Of a stretch of 64,000 nucleotides of DNA, positions 36,920-49,160 are shown one piece after another. Each line of letters opens with the position of its first letter. The first letter of the stretch is position 1. The notes beneath the pieces are model-generated. The model had not been told where the DNA came from. It saw nothing but the letters and a program-made list of their open reading frames with translations, and made no database searches. The translations under genes and the position numbers were made by a program. The stretch is from Raillietiella orientalis. Lineage: Eukaryota. The stretch spans positions 2,294,001 to 2,358,000 of the forward strand of contig JAYWIR010000026.1 of assembly GCA_036172245.1 (NCBI GenBank), given 5' to 3'.

Positions 36920-37380
36920 CTCCCCTCAGGGGGCGACCCTGCATCGCGTACCATGGAGCTGGCTGATAGTCTCCAGGGAGGGGAGGTTGCCTCTCCAGAG
37001 CGTCAAGAGACGTGCTGCCTCCATCCAGGAGCGCTCTTCAGGGAAATGGGAAGCATCGCTTCGGGGTTCTCTTGCGGGTTCCCTCCGGAGAGAAAACTCT
37101 AGGAGCGGACCTTTTCCAGGTTCCCTTCAGAAGAGAAACGAAGAATGTTCCCTCCTCCTGGGGGTTCTCTCCAGAGAAAACAAGAGGTGGTTCCCTTCAG
37201 GCCCCTTAGCAAGCGTGGGAGGAGTTGACTCTTTCCTGCGGAATTCTTCCTGTATTCTTGGGGTGGTCACTCCGGGTAACCCCCGGAGGAAACTTGAAGA
37301 GCGACAAGCGCCCTCAGGGGTACTGCAGGACAGCTTCAAAGTGCTTCGGATGTAATGTGCCCCCTCAGGGGGGCGACCGG
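36920..37380. repeat. ~460-bp repeat element bounded by direct repeats CCCCTCAGGGGG(G)CGACC
   Basis: The motif occurs at 36922-36938 and 37361-37378. Internal degenerate units GGTTCCCTTCAG / GGGTTCTCT / AGAGAAAAC are present. An inverted related copy lies near 41240-41400. Confidence 0.5.
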
Positions 37381-37509
37381 TTCTTCCTCACTCTGCGAAC
37401 CGAAAAATGGAAAACGCGGAGAAAAGCCCCCATGATCGCAGGGGAGGCGGAACTCGCGAGCAAGGTTTGGAGGCAGCGCTCTGCGCATAGCGCGTGCGGC
37501 CACCAAGCG

Positions 37510-37760
37510 CCTCGAAGTTCAGCCCGAAGCTGTAGTCTCTGCGGCTGCGATGCTCCGTGCGTGGCACTGAACGTCGTGGGATCGAATCCCGCCCGGGGAA
37601 AGGATCGACGCCGAGAACGGGGGGGTGCGCCGCGGGGGGTTTCGAGTGCTTCCTCCTCCTCCTCACCCAGCAGGATGACGATGGTTGTCCCACGGGCTTC
37701 GGGTGTGGCAAAACTGGTTGACACCCGGTCACGCCGGGGCGTTTATTTATAAAAAATAAA
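37510..37760 (+). mobile_element. Probable tRNA-derived SINE
   Basis: B-box/T-arm-like hairpin GTGGGATCGAATCCCGC at 37576-37592, followed by an unrelated body and an A/T-rich tail at 37741-37760. No full cloverleaf. Confidence 0.45.
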
Positions 37761-37949
37761 CGTCTGTGGCAGGACGTTTGATCCTGCCACGTTACTTATA
37801 GCTTCGAGAAGGAACCTGCCAGGAACTGTCCTGCAAGCCAGCAGGGTTCGCCTCGGCAGCACAGGGGAAAGGGAGACAAACAAAAATCAAAAAAAAACAA
37901 ACATAAAATACAGTCAAAAAATGGGAGGGGGGTCTGAGAAGGGATCACT

Positions 37950-38720
37950 GTGTGCTGGCTGGAGTCCACTGCATCCTTGTAGGGATGCCGGCAAGTTCCT
38001 GTTTTGTGTTTCATAGATGGGGCCACCTTGACGCTGTCCTCATGAAGAGAACAGCAAAATGGATGGCGTCCTGTCGTTCTTCCCTCCCTCCTCTGGAGTT
38101 GCTGCATACAGCCACGATCCTGCCGCGTGGGCGGCGCAGTGCCGCTAGGGAGGGATGCGGCCGGCGTAGTCGCCGAGAGAACGCGTCACATCGCGTCCCA
38201 CCCACGCGTCGATCCCGAGTGCCCCTCCTAAAGCACCCAGCTTCCAGAGATCCCTCCAGAAGACCTGGAGAAGGGGGAATGATTATGGACAGTTTCACCC
38301 TCCCTCTTCACAGAGGTAGGAATCAGCGCTGCCGGTCCTGCATAGGGGTCTCCCGTGCAATGCACGCCTTCACCGCTGGACTCGAACTGTGCTGGGTGCG
38401 GAGAAAGGACGCTCGCGCCTGCTTGCCAGCTGTGCCTTTGAGGGCGTGTTTCGATGGCCTCCCGATCCCCACTAGCGACCCCAAAGACGTACTCCCTCGC
38501 GGGCGACGCGCCGCCACTGACCGCGTGCTTTGGAGCTTTTCGTTGCCTCAAGTGGGATGCTGGCCGCGGCTTGGAACTCCAGCAGAAGAGGATGGAACGA
38601 CAGAGGTGGCCCAGCAGTGCAAACAACGGCAACAACAAAGTTCCTCTCCCAGTTCCACATAGCAGCCACCGCACGATCGTGGTGGGGTCACTGTGGTTGC
38701 CTCGCATTCGACCGGTCCAT
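37950..38720 (+). mobile_element. Decayed 3' fragment of the same LINE family as 62236-63467
   Basis: Nucleotide similarity is visible: ATCCCTCCAGAAGACCTGGAG vs ATCCCTCTGGATGACCTAGAG; GCATAGGGGTCTCCCGTGCAATGCACGCC vs GCACTGGGGTCTTCCCTGCAACGCGCGCC; GAACTGTGCTGGGTGCGGAGAAAGGA vs GAACTGTGCAGTGTGCGGGGAGAAGGA. Confidence 0.75.
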
Positions 38721-40249
38721 TGAGTATCGCGCCTCCCTTTCGCCACCCATCTCCGCGTGTTTCCTCACGCCACCTATACGAGGCAACCCGTCTGACCATC
38801 CACACATAGTTCACAGAATATTCCGGATGCAGCTGCGGCGTCCCGTGAACGGACTCTCATGGGTTCGCGAATGTAGCGTCACAAGAAAAAGGACGGGTGC
38901 ACGTGACTTACCACCGTCCACTCCTCATCCCTCCGAGCGGAGAGATCAAGGATTTGCTTCTTTCCTTCCAGCTTCTCTTTCTCCCGTTAACTGAGCAACG
39001 CACATCCCCTTGGGGCACCGGAGCGTCTCGACCACGAGGCCATAGGGGATTGCAAGGCTGCTCAACTCTTTGCGTGCAGAGCTCATCAGATTTAGACGTT
39101 CCGTTTATGTTCACGCAAGTCGCAGCTGCGACCTCCGTGGAGGGAACGCTTTTTCGCGTGTCGCTTACTCTATCAGTGGTGCCGACTGACTCTATAGGGT
39201 GCTGATTCAAGTTGTTACTACTGTAATTGTTGATTTACAGCACACCAAACAAAATATTTTTATTTTTCCCAAACATATGTTATTTAATTAAAATTATAAT
39301 TCGAATAAATCAAGAATTCATTAACATTTTTAAAATATCACAAAGATATAAAACAATATCATAAATTGTATGCGACACCAAGAATATTCGAGAATACTTT
39401 GCCCATATGAATAGAATTTGGTTTGCTGTCGTTGCTATGGGAATTATAAGAACGAAAGTGCATGCGTCCATCTCCAAAAACTGATAGTGTTAACTCGTGT
39501 CGCGTGTAGAAGGTTAAAAAAACACTTGCCAGACGCATGGATGCGTCCATAGCACTCAAAGGGTAGAAGCGCGCGCGGTTAAGGACTCTTGATGTAAGCC
39601 AACATTGGTTGCTACGCAACGAGTCCTAGCGCCCACCGCATCTATGGCGAGATCAGAGTGCGAGGAGCATCACACACAGGGGGATTATTGTGATTATTGT
39701 GAGCTGAAACATGGCTGCTTCAGCAATTCGGGGAGCGCCCAGATGGGGCGGAATAGAGGGAAAAGGCAAAGTGTTTTCCGTAGCACCACAAAATTCCGCC
39801 ACCCGGTCCGGGACGCTGCCGTCACAGAGCGGGGAATCGCGGACGACTTCCAGAGAGTTGGAAAACTAACAGCAGGAGGAACGATCGACTAGAAGACAGA
39901 AAATCAAGCACAGCCAGCGACCACTGCTGCTTATTTTTTGTTGTTTATTTGGTCCGCTAAGTGCTCAAAGAACCGTGACTGTTGTACCCTCCAGAGTTTC
40001 TCCCAGTCCCAAATGCGGTGGAGCGAATTTATTCGTTGTTTAACAAGAAACAATCAGGCAAGAAAGACGAAATTGCTCCAACTGGCAACACTTTGAACTT
40101 TGACCTTGGATGTATCAGGTTTTACCACAAGGTCGAGGAGATGGTGGGGGGGGGGGATAGAAGGAAGGAAGAATTGGGGTGCCTTTGTCCCTGGTATCTC
40201 TGTTTACTCTCACTACCTGCTACTCGGCTTCCTGGGTCTTAGCAGGGTC

Positions 40250-41080
40250 TGGGATAGCACCCCAACGTAGCGTCGTACCCCTTGTGACATTCCGACGGCG
40301 AAAGGCCGACCAACTCTTCGAAGTTTTGGCCTCTTGATGGGGATACTTTTCAGGAAGCGACCTCAGGTTTCTCCACTGACAGCAGGAACCTGACGTTTCA
40401 TTCAGGAACCTGTTTGTAGTGGGTCGTAGTCTGGACCACCTTTTGCTCCTTTTTCAGGTGCTTTGGTGTGGCACGCACCTCGCGGGTTTCCTTCTGCTCG
40501 CCATGGCATGTTCCCCCGACACCATGAAGAGGAGCCTCGTCGTTCGAAGTGAAGTCTCTATCGATGCTTCTGATGTTGTCCGTGTAGGAAGGGGTCAAGT
40601 GGATGGTGATCTGGTCCATCCTATATGTTTCCTTTCTTTACCAGATGAAGGTCTCCACGGCGTAGAACTTCGTCTCGGTCGGCAGCGACCCTCACGGACG
40701 GAAGCAAATCTTGTTTGTCGAGAAGACCCTCGGCTTCTCGTCGAAGATCACCCACGCTTGACCGCGGTTCGTGTGGGTCTCCCAATGCTTGCATTGATTC
40801 GGGACGGACTGCCGCTTCCTCTGCTGCCGTCTCCATGGTGGCGTCTAGCTGGGTGGCGACGCTCGAGACTCTTGGACCTGCAGAGGGGCTGTCTCGACTT
40901 GACTCCTCCTCATGGCCTGGATCTCCGCAATTTCATAACCTGCGGCAGGGTTGACTTGCTAACATCCATTCCTCATCCCTTCCGGAAAAGAGATCAACAA
41001 TTCCCGCAAAGTTTTTGCGCAGTTTGAGAAGCGCCCTGAACGAAGAAGATGCTCGGTGATGAAAACTTTGTGGGTTCTTC
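40250..41080 (-). mobile_element. Decayed Tc1-like (DUF4817-type HTH + DDE) transposase
   Basis: Ordered fragments 'HKVFITEH..S..FP', 'SKSTL..VMK', 'DQITIHL' (DEAxFHL), 'EAPLH' (ExPLH), 'TTTHYKQV' (TVx..Y..ML), with many stops and frameshifts. Confidence 0.4.
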
Positions 41081-41649
41081 TATTGGCTGCTTTCCTTCCA
41101 GATTCTGCTTTTTTTTTTTCCCCGGTTCGCCAAGTGCTCGAGAATCGTTACTTTATCCCCTAGGGGCATCAGAGTGGCTCGACGACGAGGCCACAGGAAC
41201 TTACAAGGCTCCTTAAGTGCAGTCACTCCCCAAATGTACCCAGTGAGGGGGATCCCTGGAGACACCACCCAAATAATACGAGGAAGGCCCCGAGCAAGGA
41301 ATCCGGTCCTCTCTACTCTTGGAGGCGACCCAGAAGGGAACGCTTCCAGGTTTCCTTGAAGGACTAGAGGAACTGCAGAGAAACCCCTGAGGGGGAGAGG
41401 TACATGACACGAACAGGAGGGACCCCCCGAAGTGAGCAGGCGGGCTTCCAGTCCACACCAGTAGTGAGCCAATGAGCCAACCAGCGTCATCCTGCGGGAG
41501 AACTCTGAACCCTCGACGCACACGCTGTTCTTTCCCGGTCACTCTGAGGCGTTTCTTATGAAAGAATATTTGCAAGAAAACAGTCGAGACGAAAAGAAGT
41601 GGCCGTTCATCCTCAGAGGAAGGGCTATCTTGCTACTTCGGTGATTCCC

Positions 41650-44250
41650 GGAGGAAGCCATCTCTCAGAAGAATTTCGCCGAAAGGAGTAAAAACAGGGA
41701 AAATTGAGGTGAAAGGGGAATAAATACAGAAAAAAAAGAAAGAAATATTGAACCAAAAAAGTTCCAAAGTGGCCGTTGGGCGGCAAGGCAAGGAATCAAG
41801 GATGCCTCTCTGGCGTACTCTGCATCTTTTGCAGGTTGCCTGCAAGTTCCTCCTCCTGCTGAGAGAGATGCAGCCATCTCGTGGCCATCGTCAAAAAGGA
41901 GATCAGCGGAAAGGCGTCCCTGTTCGTCTGGTCTCCATCGTCATGGTAGCTTTCCGCCGCCACGACCCGGCGTAAGCAGCTGCGAGCGACGCCGCGGGCG
42001 ACATCCCTCCCCGTATGAAGAGACCTCAGCAGGTTTTTCGGATTGTCTCTCTGTAAGTCCAGGGACGTGGTCGAACGTTCCCAGAAACGTGGGAGAGCTA
42101 CGCACTCGAATGGCAGGTGAGGGAAGGTTTCCCTTGCACCGCACCTGGCGCAGTCTGGGGCCCCCCTTCCCTAGTGATGGAGGCGTGCGTTGCATGGAAT
42201 AGGCCAATACAGCAGATGCAGCTCCGAGACCTGCCATTTTAGGGGAAGCGCAGAGGAGCCCCCAAACACCGCGTGGATCTCCACTTCATTCTTCCGGATT
42301 CCCAAGAGATTCTCAGCAGGCGGTTCTCTCCGGCAAGAAAATCTCGCCATCCTGGAACGGGTCGAGAGCAGATTTTGCCTTTAGAAGCCTGTTGGACCAC
42401 GCATCCTCCGGAAAGGAATCCACTGGCGGTAAACCAAGGCATTTTAAGTAATCAACTGTGCCAGCTCAGCGACGCATCACCTCGAGGAACTGCTCGAACG
42501 CTGACGCCGGGGCTGACATGGGGGACAGGATCAGAAGGTCGTCAGCACAAATCTACACGGCAGGATTGCCGGGACATGAGCTTGGCAGGGTTGTCAGAGT
42601 CTTCCTGTATCATCTCTGAGCGCCAACACCAAGTAGGTGCCTGAGAGCAGGGGACTCGGTCTGCCACCCTGCCGTATGCCGTGCCCACCGGCACTCCAAA
42701 CACGTGCCGGCCGCTAAAATACAGGCTCATCAGCGCGTGTAGCCAGCTTTGAGCGCAAATAGGCCAAGAACACGGTCGACAATCCCGTGGGCTTCAGGAG
42801 CATTAGAAGCAGCTCCCGGTCGATTGCCTCTTTTAAGTTGACTGCGATCGCAAGTGCCCCCGGCGTTTCCTCATTCGAACGGCCTCCCTTTCCCTGGCCA
42901 GCTAGGAATCCAGGATTCCTAGCTGCCGACCAGCATGCCGGTGGAGCATTCGCCAGGGAGACACGCGAGCCCCCTGCTCTCCGGTGCGAGGGTCCATCCA
43001 TCTTTAGGATTTGGGACGGACTGTGGAATGAAAGTGAAAGAGCGCGTGTGCAACGCGACACATCGCCAAGGCGGATCCGCCTCTACGGGGTTTTCGATCG
43101 TCCTTGGCCGGCGGTTCCAAGTGGAGTTGCCATCGCGACTCCGTGCACTCTTCCGGGGAAACTTGAGGATCGCCCAGATCCGCCGCCGGACCGCGGGTCT
43201 CCTGGCTGGCGAAGGCGCTCCTCTAGCCGTCAGCAGGGGAGCAGCCCTTGGAGTCTAGCGCCGACTGATGCGCAGGAGAGTTGAAAGAGTAGAGAGGTGA
43301 AGGGCTGGCATCAACGGCTCGGGAGGCCACGAGCCGATGATGCCAGCGGGACCGCTTTCGGCCTACGGCCGACGTGGAATGCAGGCCACCTCCCACCCAT
43401 CCCCGTCGCTTCTTCAGCAGGGTGAGGTTACCTCGCTGCAGCCTTCAGAACTCATCGTCCCTCGTCACCATGGCTTCCCTAAGAGAGACCTCCCGTCACG
43501 GCTGGCGAGGCTGCGGTGTAGAGTGGGTGTGGTGTGGCGCGGACGCGACAGAAGTGACCCGCAAAAGGACGACAAAGAGAGAGGAGCGAGAGGAAATGAT
43601 GATAACGACGATGACGAGGACGAGGACGAGGAGAAAGAGGGTGTTTTCGAGCGCAGTTAAGCTACGGGAGCAGTCGCCTGCCTCATTGCCAAGTGTGTCT
43701 GCAAGCAGAGGACGAAGTTGCCGCGGGAGGTTCCGTACCAAGGCCAGAGATGGCTCTGTGGATCTTCCAGAAGGAAAGGACGAGGCATCCCGGAGATGGA
43801 ACTTGAGACGAGCCCGTGATCAGTCCATGATCAGTCGAGTCCGGATCCAATCGCAGCGTGGGATGGACGACGCAATTTGTGTGCGTGGTTGTCCTTAACA
43901 TAGCAACGACGTGCCTCCATCGCTTGTTGCCTTGGGGAAGGGCAGGCAGCGGAAGGGGGGGGGAGAGAGGGGTCTTGGTGAAAACTGCGCCAGGAAGAGT
44001 GAGAATAAATGACGCGCTTGGGTCCGCGTCAGTGTGATGGCAACCCGGAGCCCAGTCCGAAAGGTTCGCGGTGTTTTTCCGCCCCTTCGCCCGGAGCCTG
44101 GAGCGACCTGCAAGGGCGGCCGCAACCGACCTTCACCCCTTCCTGGTTCCTTTCGAGCAGCCGGCGTCCCCCGTCCAACCATGCGCTCTCGCGAGTTTCC
44201 TGCGTCCGGATCGCTCCCGTCCCCTGGCCACCTCCAGCGAAGAATGGGGG
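41650..44250 (-). mobile_element. Decayed L1/Tx1-type LINE ORF2 (APE endonuclease + RT)
   Basis: Ordered minus-strand motifs: 'RTQET', 'SWRSFH', 'STDHGLI', 'FWKIH', 'CSPADG', 'PGFLAGQ', 'ALAIAVNLKEAIDRELLLMLLKPTGLSTVFLAYLRS', 'GRVADRVPCS', 'SLGKGGPRL'. Confidence 0.6.
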
Positions 44251-45519
44251 CTCGCGCGCAGGCCCGCTCTCCAGAGGGGAAAAGGGCGGGGGGGGGGGAG
44301 AGGGAAGCTGGAAAATCTCACTGCCGGCACCCTCCGCGTGATCCGTCCCTCGCGCCTCCCCTCTGACTCTTCCGTTTCCCTTCAGCCTTGACCTCCTGTG
44401 CATGACCTTTGAGAGCCGGGCATCGCTTCTCGAAAGTTCTCTTTTTTCCGGCTCGGATTCCGGAGAGTTCGCTGCCCCGCGGACCGCGGCCAAAGCGACG
44501 CGTTGGTCGGGCGGCGAGACGCGAGCCCGCAGAAGAGGAAGGCCGCCAGGGTCGCGATCGGCAGCAGCGGCCGGGGACCAGCGGTCACGGAACGACGACC
44601 GCGCGCGCTTCCGCTGTCGCGCCCCGAGACTCCTCGGCAGACGTCGGAAATATCGGGCCGTCCGCCCGGTCGCTGGCGGCGGAAACGTTTCGCGCGCCCG
44701 GGGAAGGCGAAACCGTCGCGGTGACTAGAAATCGTCCCGAGTACAAGCAAAGGCAAGCACGTGGTGGACGAAGACTCGGGGGAGCCCGAAAAGAAGTCGC
44801 CAGGGCGGACGTGCGGGTCGCTGCGGAAGAAAAGGAGTGACCTCCCGCCTTTCTCCAGCTCTCCTCGCCGAGCGCAACGGCGGAGCAGCCGCTGGGCCAC
44901 CAGCCCACGAAATTGACGGAATTCCGCGTGGACTGCCCCGTGCTGGCTGATGTCAGCGGGTTGGGCTGGCCAGCATTCTGCGCGCGGGGTAAGGTGGGGT
45001 GGGATGGAAGAGAGATCTCCCGGTCCCCAGCCATGGGCCTAGCAGCCACTCTCCTTTCATTCGGTTTTTCCGCATTCTGCTGCGCTCCTCGGTTCCGTTT
45101 GCGACCCACATTGGGATCCACCGGAGGACCGGTCGACCCGGTGGAGTGTCGTGTCCTTCCGTGTCTCTGTGCTCGCGCTTGAAACAGACGCTCTTGGGCG
45201 ACCTCTCCATCCTGGATAGCCGGGCCATTGACTTAAATAGAAGAAATGAAATTACGCAGTCAGAGTCCTGGCAGAAGACGGAACCGGGGAGGCTGCCTTA
45301 CCCCTGTTCCCTGTTTGTTTATGAACAAATAAATAGGGAATGGGATGGACCTTCCTCACGACATTCTACTTGATTTCTTAAGGGCCGCGTATCGGGCGGG
45401 AAAGGGAAGGGTTGCCGCCCGGGTTCTCCGGGGCGTTTTTTTGGTATAACGTTTACGATTACATTGTAACGTAACGTTACAACGTAACAAATAAACGTTT
45501 ACGATTTTCGTGGTAGGAC

Positions 45520-47100
45520 CAGTGGTCCAACCACAAAAATGCGCGGGAGAAGCAGCCACCCGAGGGGTGGTGGAGCGCATCAGCGACCACGCCCTGGGGA
45601 AGAGGCTGCCGAAAGAAAGGACGGTTTGCTGAATGGAGCCGTTCGCGCACAGGCCGCGGGGCGGGCCGCAGTCGTTCCGGAAGGAAGCTCCAGGGGCCCG
45701 GCCTGTGACCCCTGAGGATGCGTGGCTTCCTGTAGGAGGAGGGGGTGCCAGGAGCTCCATGTCACGGCAAGGGAGCGCTCGTGAAGACATTCCGCTGGAC
45801 AGGGATCCTCCACTATTGCGGAGACGAGAACGGACCGGCGCTGATGAAGTGCAGTCTGCATTGGCATCTTTTTCCGGAGTGTTTCTGCCCCTGTAGAGGG
45901 AAGGGAGAGAAGGAGAGGAGGAAGAAGGAGGGGTGTCTCCTTTACCGGACGGCAGTAGCTGTCCCCCAGGAAGCCTTCTGGCGGCGAAGCAGCTGCCGCG
46001 GCTTCCGCTCGTGCTTTCACAGCCTGGTCTACTGGTCCGTCACGGACGGCGGCCTGCCTCTTCCGCAGATCTCGCGGGGTTCGTCCTTGGCGCGGAGGCG
46101 GACCACTGCGTAGGGAGAGGACGACCCCCGGACTGAACGAGTTCAGGGCCGGTGTCCGGGAGCGCATGGGCGTCTGGAACGCGGGGGACCCGCATGGGTC
46201 CTTCGTGGTCAGGCTCGGAAGAGGCAGGGGTGCCTCCTCCCTCAAGCAGACCTTCGCCAACGACTTCCTCCACGACACTAGACAACCGTGCGGAGATGTG
46301 GACGCCCCTCTGCTTCGCCCCGAATGTTTTATACACCAGGTGCCTGTTATTCGCTCAGTGGGATGTTTTCTCTTTAGAAGAGAGACGGGACTCTGGAAGC
46401 GACGGCTGTCGGGGGAAGACTTTGCGACCCGTTCCCAAAGTGAGATGACAGAAGAAGGGAAGCTGAGCGCCCACTTCACCTCGGTGGCCTGTGGGACACG
46501 GCGTTGTCCCACGTAACAGACCGCTACATGAGGCACCCTCGTCTGTGCAAGTGTCCCCCGGTACGATGAGGTTGTGGACGGGATCAAAAGGTGGGAACCG
46601 GCGTCCGCGACCCAGTGCGTCCCTGGACACGATTTAGATCTGATTCCAGAACTTGTGGCATCTCAGGAAGGCAACAGGGTGGTGGTGGTGGTGCTAGACG
46701 CGGCTTGCCCCTTCAAGAACACGGGGGGAGGGGGCAGAAGACATCAGCATCTTCAAGAACGAGAAAGCATCCAAACACCAAGACGTTGCCAGCCGGCCAT
46801 CCAGTCGGCGCGAAGGTGCCGGTCACCATCAGTGGACCTTTGGGAACCCATCGGTCCTCCATGGACCAGCTGTCTTGCGAATGCACGCCGACAAAATGAG
46901 GCAGCCGCCCGTGTCGCCTCTTGCGTCCACCACGGTCGCGCGGCATCTGTTGGAGCTTGGACGATTGCCCGCAGGCGACCCGAAACTGGGGACAGCCTCA
47001 GGGGAGGAGCAGGAGCAGCTCTCGGACAAAGAGGAAGGAACCTCCGAAATATAGCCTACAGTACGTCCTGGTGAGGGAAAAACTTCTTGCGTCATGCCTC
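45520..47100 (+). mobile_element. Decayed RLE-type non-LTR retrotransposon 3' half (NeSL/Utopia/R2-like)
   Basis: 'WLPVGGGG' (LP..GGxG), 'LFAQWDVF' (RFADWRF), 'ACG..C....RYDEVVDGIKR' (CCHC..RHDxV), 'LIPELV....VVVVLDAACPFKN' (RPDLV..IxDVxCPFEN restriction-like endonuclease), 'ASVGAW' (GALGxW). Confidence 0.6.
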
Positions 47101-47339
47101 GTGTCACAACGTCAACGACCAGGAAGGAGAATGGAAGGTGGAGAAAAGCTCACCCCCTCTTTATTTGCATTCCTGCAGCTGTTGGCGTGGTTTCGAACAT
47201 TCCAGCGATACTCGGGTTCACGCAAAGGATGAAACCTATAAAACCTCTTTTTTTAAGTTTAGCGTGTTTTCATGGCAACTTGTCGTGCCTGAGCACCGTC
47301 AGTGAGTGAGAACTGCTTTTCAAGTGGATGCTCAGTTCC

Positions 47340-47520
47340 TGTCTGTGAGGAACATTCTAAAGTGTTCGAGCAGCTTAAGTATTTAGCGCTGGCCTTTCTA
47401 CCGTGGAAACACCCTTTAGAATGTTTCCATGGAGATGAAGCTGGAAGCATCCTAAAGAATTGCTATTGGAAACTGCTATAGAAACGTTCCTTAGAATGTC
47501 TCCATAGCAATTCCCAGTTA
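47340..47520. repeat. Short degenerate tandem motif GAAACRTTCCTTAGAATGTYTCCAT (MITE-like internal repeats)
   Basis: Related copies at ~47350, ~47406-47432 and ~47481-47507. Confidence 0.45.
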
Positions 47521-48199
47521 CTAAATAAAATCGGGGGGAGGGGTGGAAGGCCAGCAACGAACAAAAGATGCCATCGTAACCGACAACCGCCAGCAACTTG
47601 TCGCTGCGCTTTCCTTCGGTCTATTTCACATGGGTGGACGGAGGGGGTGCATCCATTCACAGCATTCCTCATCGACGAAATGCGCTTACGAGAGGTAACG
47701 GGGCTTCCCGTTCCCGACTTTCCCTTTCGGTCGCCGTAGGGGTCCGTTTCCGAACCTCGCGGACTGCCCAACGCCAACGGTCAGAACAAACATCAGATGA
47801 AGAGTTTTTCCGCTGCGCGGCGTCGCAGCGACTGGAATCCGTTGTACCGGTAAATTTCATCAGCTCTGGACAGAAGATTGGGATTGTGCCAGTCAGCTCG
47901 AAAAGAAGGAGTTTGTCTTCCGCCTTTTGGAAACAGTTTTCTTCCAGAATGGAAGCTGGAATGGCCGCTCGTGAATCGGGAGAGCGTGCGCTGCCTTCTT
48001 TCCTCCAGCGCTCTGCGTGCCGCAGCCGTGTCGTGAAGCACTTCGTTTAGAAGGAAAGGAAGGGAGGAGAGGAAGAAGAAGAGGGAGGAGAGAAAAAGCC
48101 TAACGGAACATTTCGGAAGAATCGGAGAGTCCCTTCCGCCCTGTTTCCTGTCTCCGCAAGCAACGTTTCCTGCTGGAAAGCCTTCCGTTTTCAGCCGCG

Positions 48200-49160
48200 A
48201 TGATGCCCGATGTCCCTGGAAACTGCTCTCCTGTGTGGACTCGCACCTGGCCACTTCCGCTTTTGACTCGCATCGTCGTGCAGTTCCACGGGCGCCACGA
48301 CCATGTGGACGGCTGCTTCCTGAATCGCAGAATGGCAAAATAATCAACGTCTCCTGTAAGGGGGAACCGTCACGGAAGGGAGACGCGAAACCAAGCAACT
48401 TTCGAGCAGCTGCAGCGCAGTCGTCGCAGCGTGTGCTGCTGGGAACTCTTCCGTTTCCTTGGAGGAGTGATGCTGAGCGCCGGTATAGAAAATGCATCCG
48501 TGTGGGAAGCAGTCCTGAATAGTCATGTCCAAGAAGATGATTATAGAAGGAGCAGGAGATGAAGTGTAGCTGGTGAGGTCAGATACCTGCCAGGGTGACG
48601 AAATCGGGATCTAGAGGGTCCATGGAGTTGGCCGGCAGACGAAGGAGACCTGCGAGCTACGGACCGTCTGCAGTCTGCGAGACTTCTCGAAACCGGAAGG
48701 ACTCTCCTACGGTTTTGCTGACAGTTCCAGGCGATCTACTTCCCCTCTATGATTGCTTTATTTCCTGCCCTATGGAAGCAATCGCTGTCCGACAGGATGA
48801 ACGCATTTTTCCCACATCCCTTCCATCCGTCTCCTCCTGAGCCCATTTGCGGCACTGAGAAGCCACGCAAGGTAACTGCCTGGACCGGTTGACCATGCCA
48901 ACGCGAAAGAACCAAATCAAGAAAACTGACTCTCATGAACCCGGGATTCAGGAAGGATCGGGGTGTGCCCGAAACCGTGGCCGGCCCCATGTTCTCTCAA
49001 GAGATCTCTCCCTTTGCGGACCGGACATCACGAAGAGGTGCCGCCCGTCAGCCCCATGGCTGAAGGGGAAGATTCGCAGAGGAAGAGAGACCCCACTCAT
49101 GGATTTAAAGCTTTCATCGAGAAGGGTTGATATTGGTGCAGCTCGCGACCTGCAGAAAAG
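48200..49160 (+). mobile_element. Decayed non-LTR reverse transcriptase fragment
   Basis: 'RKGDAKPSNFRA' (KKGD..PSNYRPI), 'GDLLPLYDC' (DLxxAFDS) and 'DRGVP....PMF' occur in order. Confidence 0.45.

Noticed and set aside
37510..37600. Functional tRNA gene
   Set aside because: Only the T-arm/B-box is recognisable; there is no acceptor stem or convincing D-arm.
44422..44432. ATCGCTTCTCG (U2 snRNA 5' end) and AGATCAAGTGT near 12067 as possible Utopia target remnants
   Set aside because: They are only 11-nt matches, with no extension and not at element junctions.
47340..47520. Spaced repeats as a CRISPR-like array
   Set aside because: There are only about three degenerate copies with irregular spacing, the context is eukaryotic and no cas genes are present.
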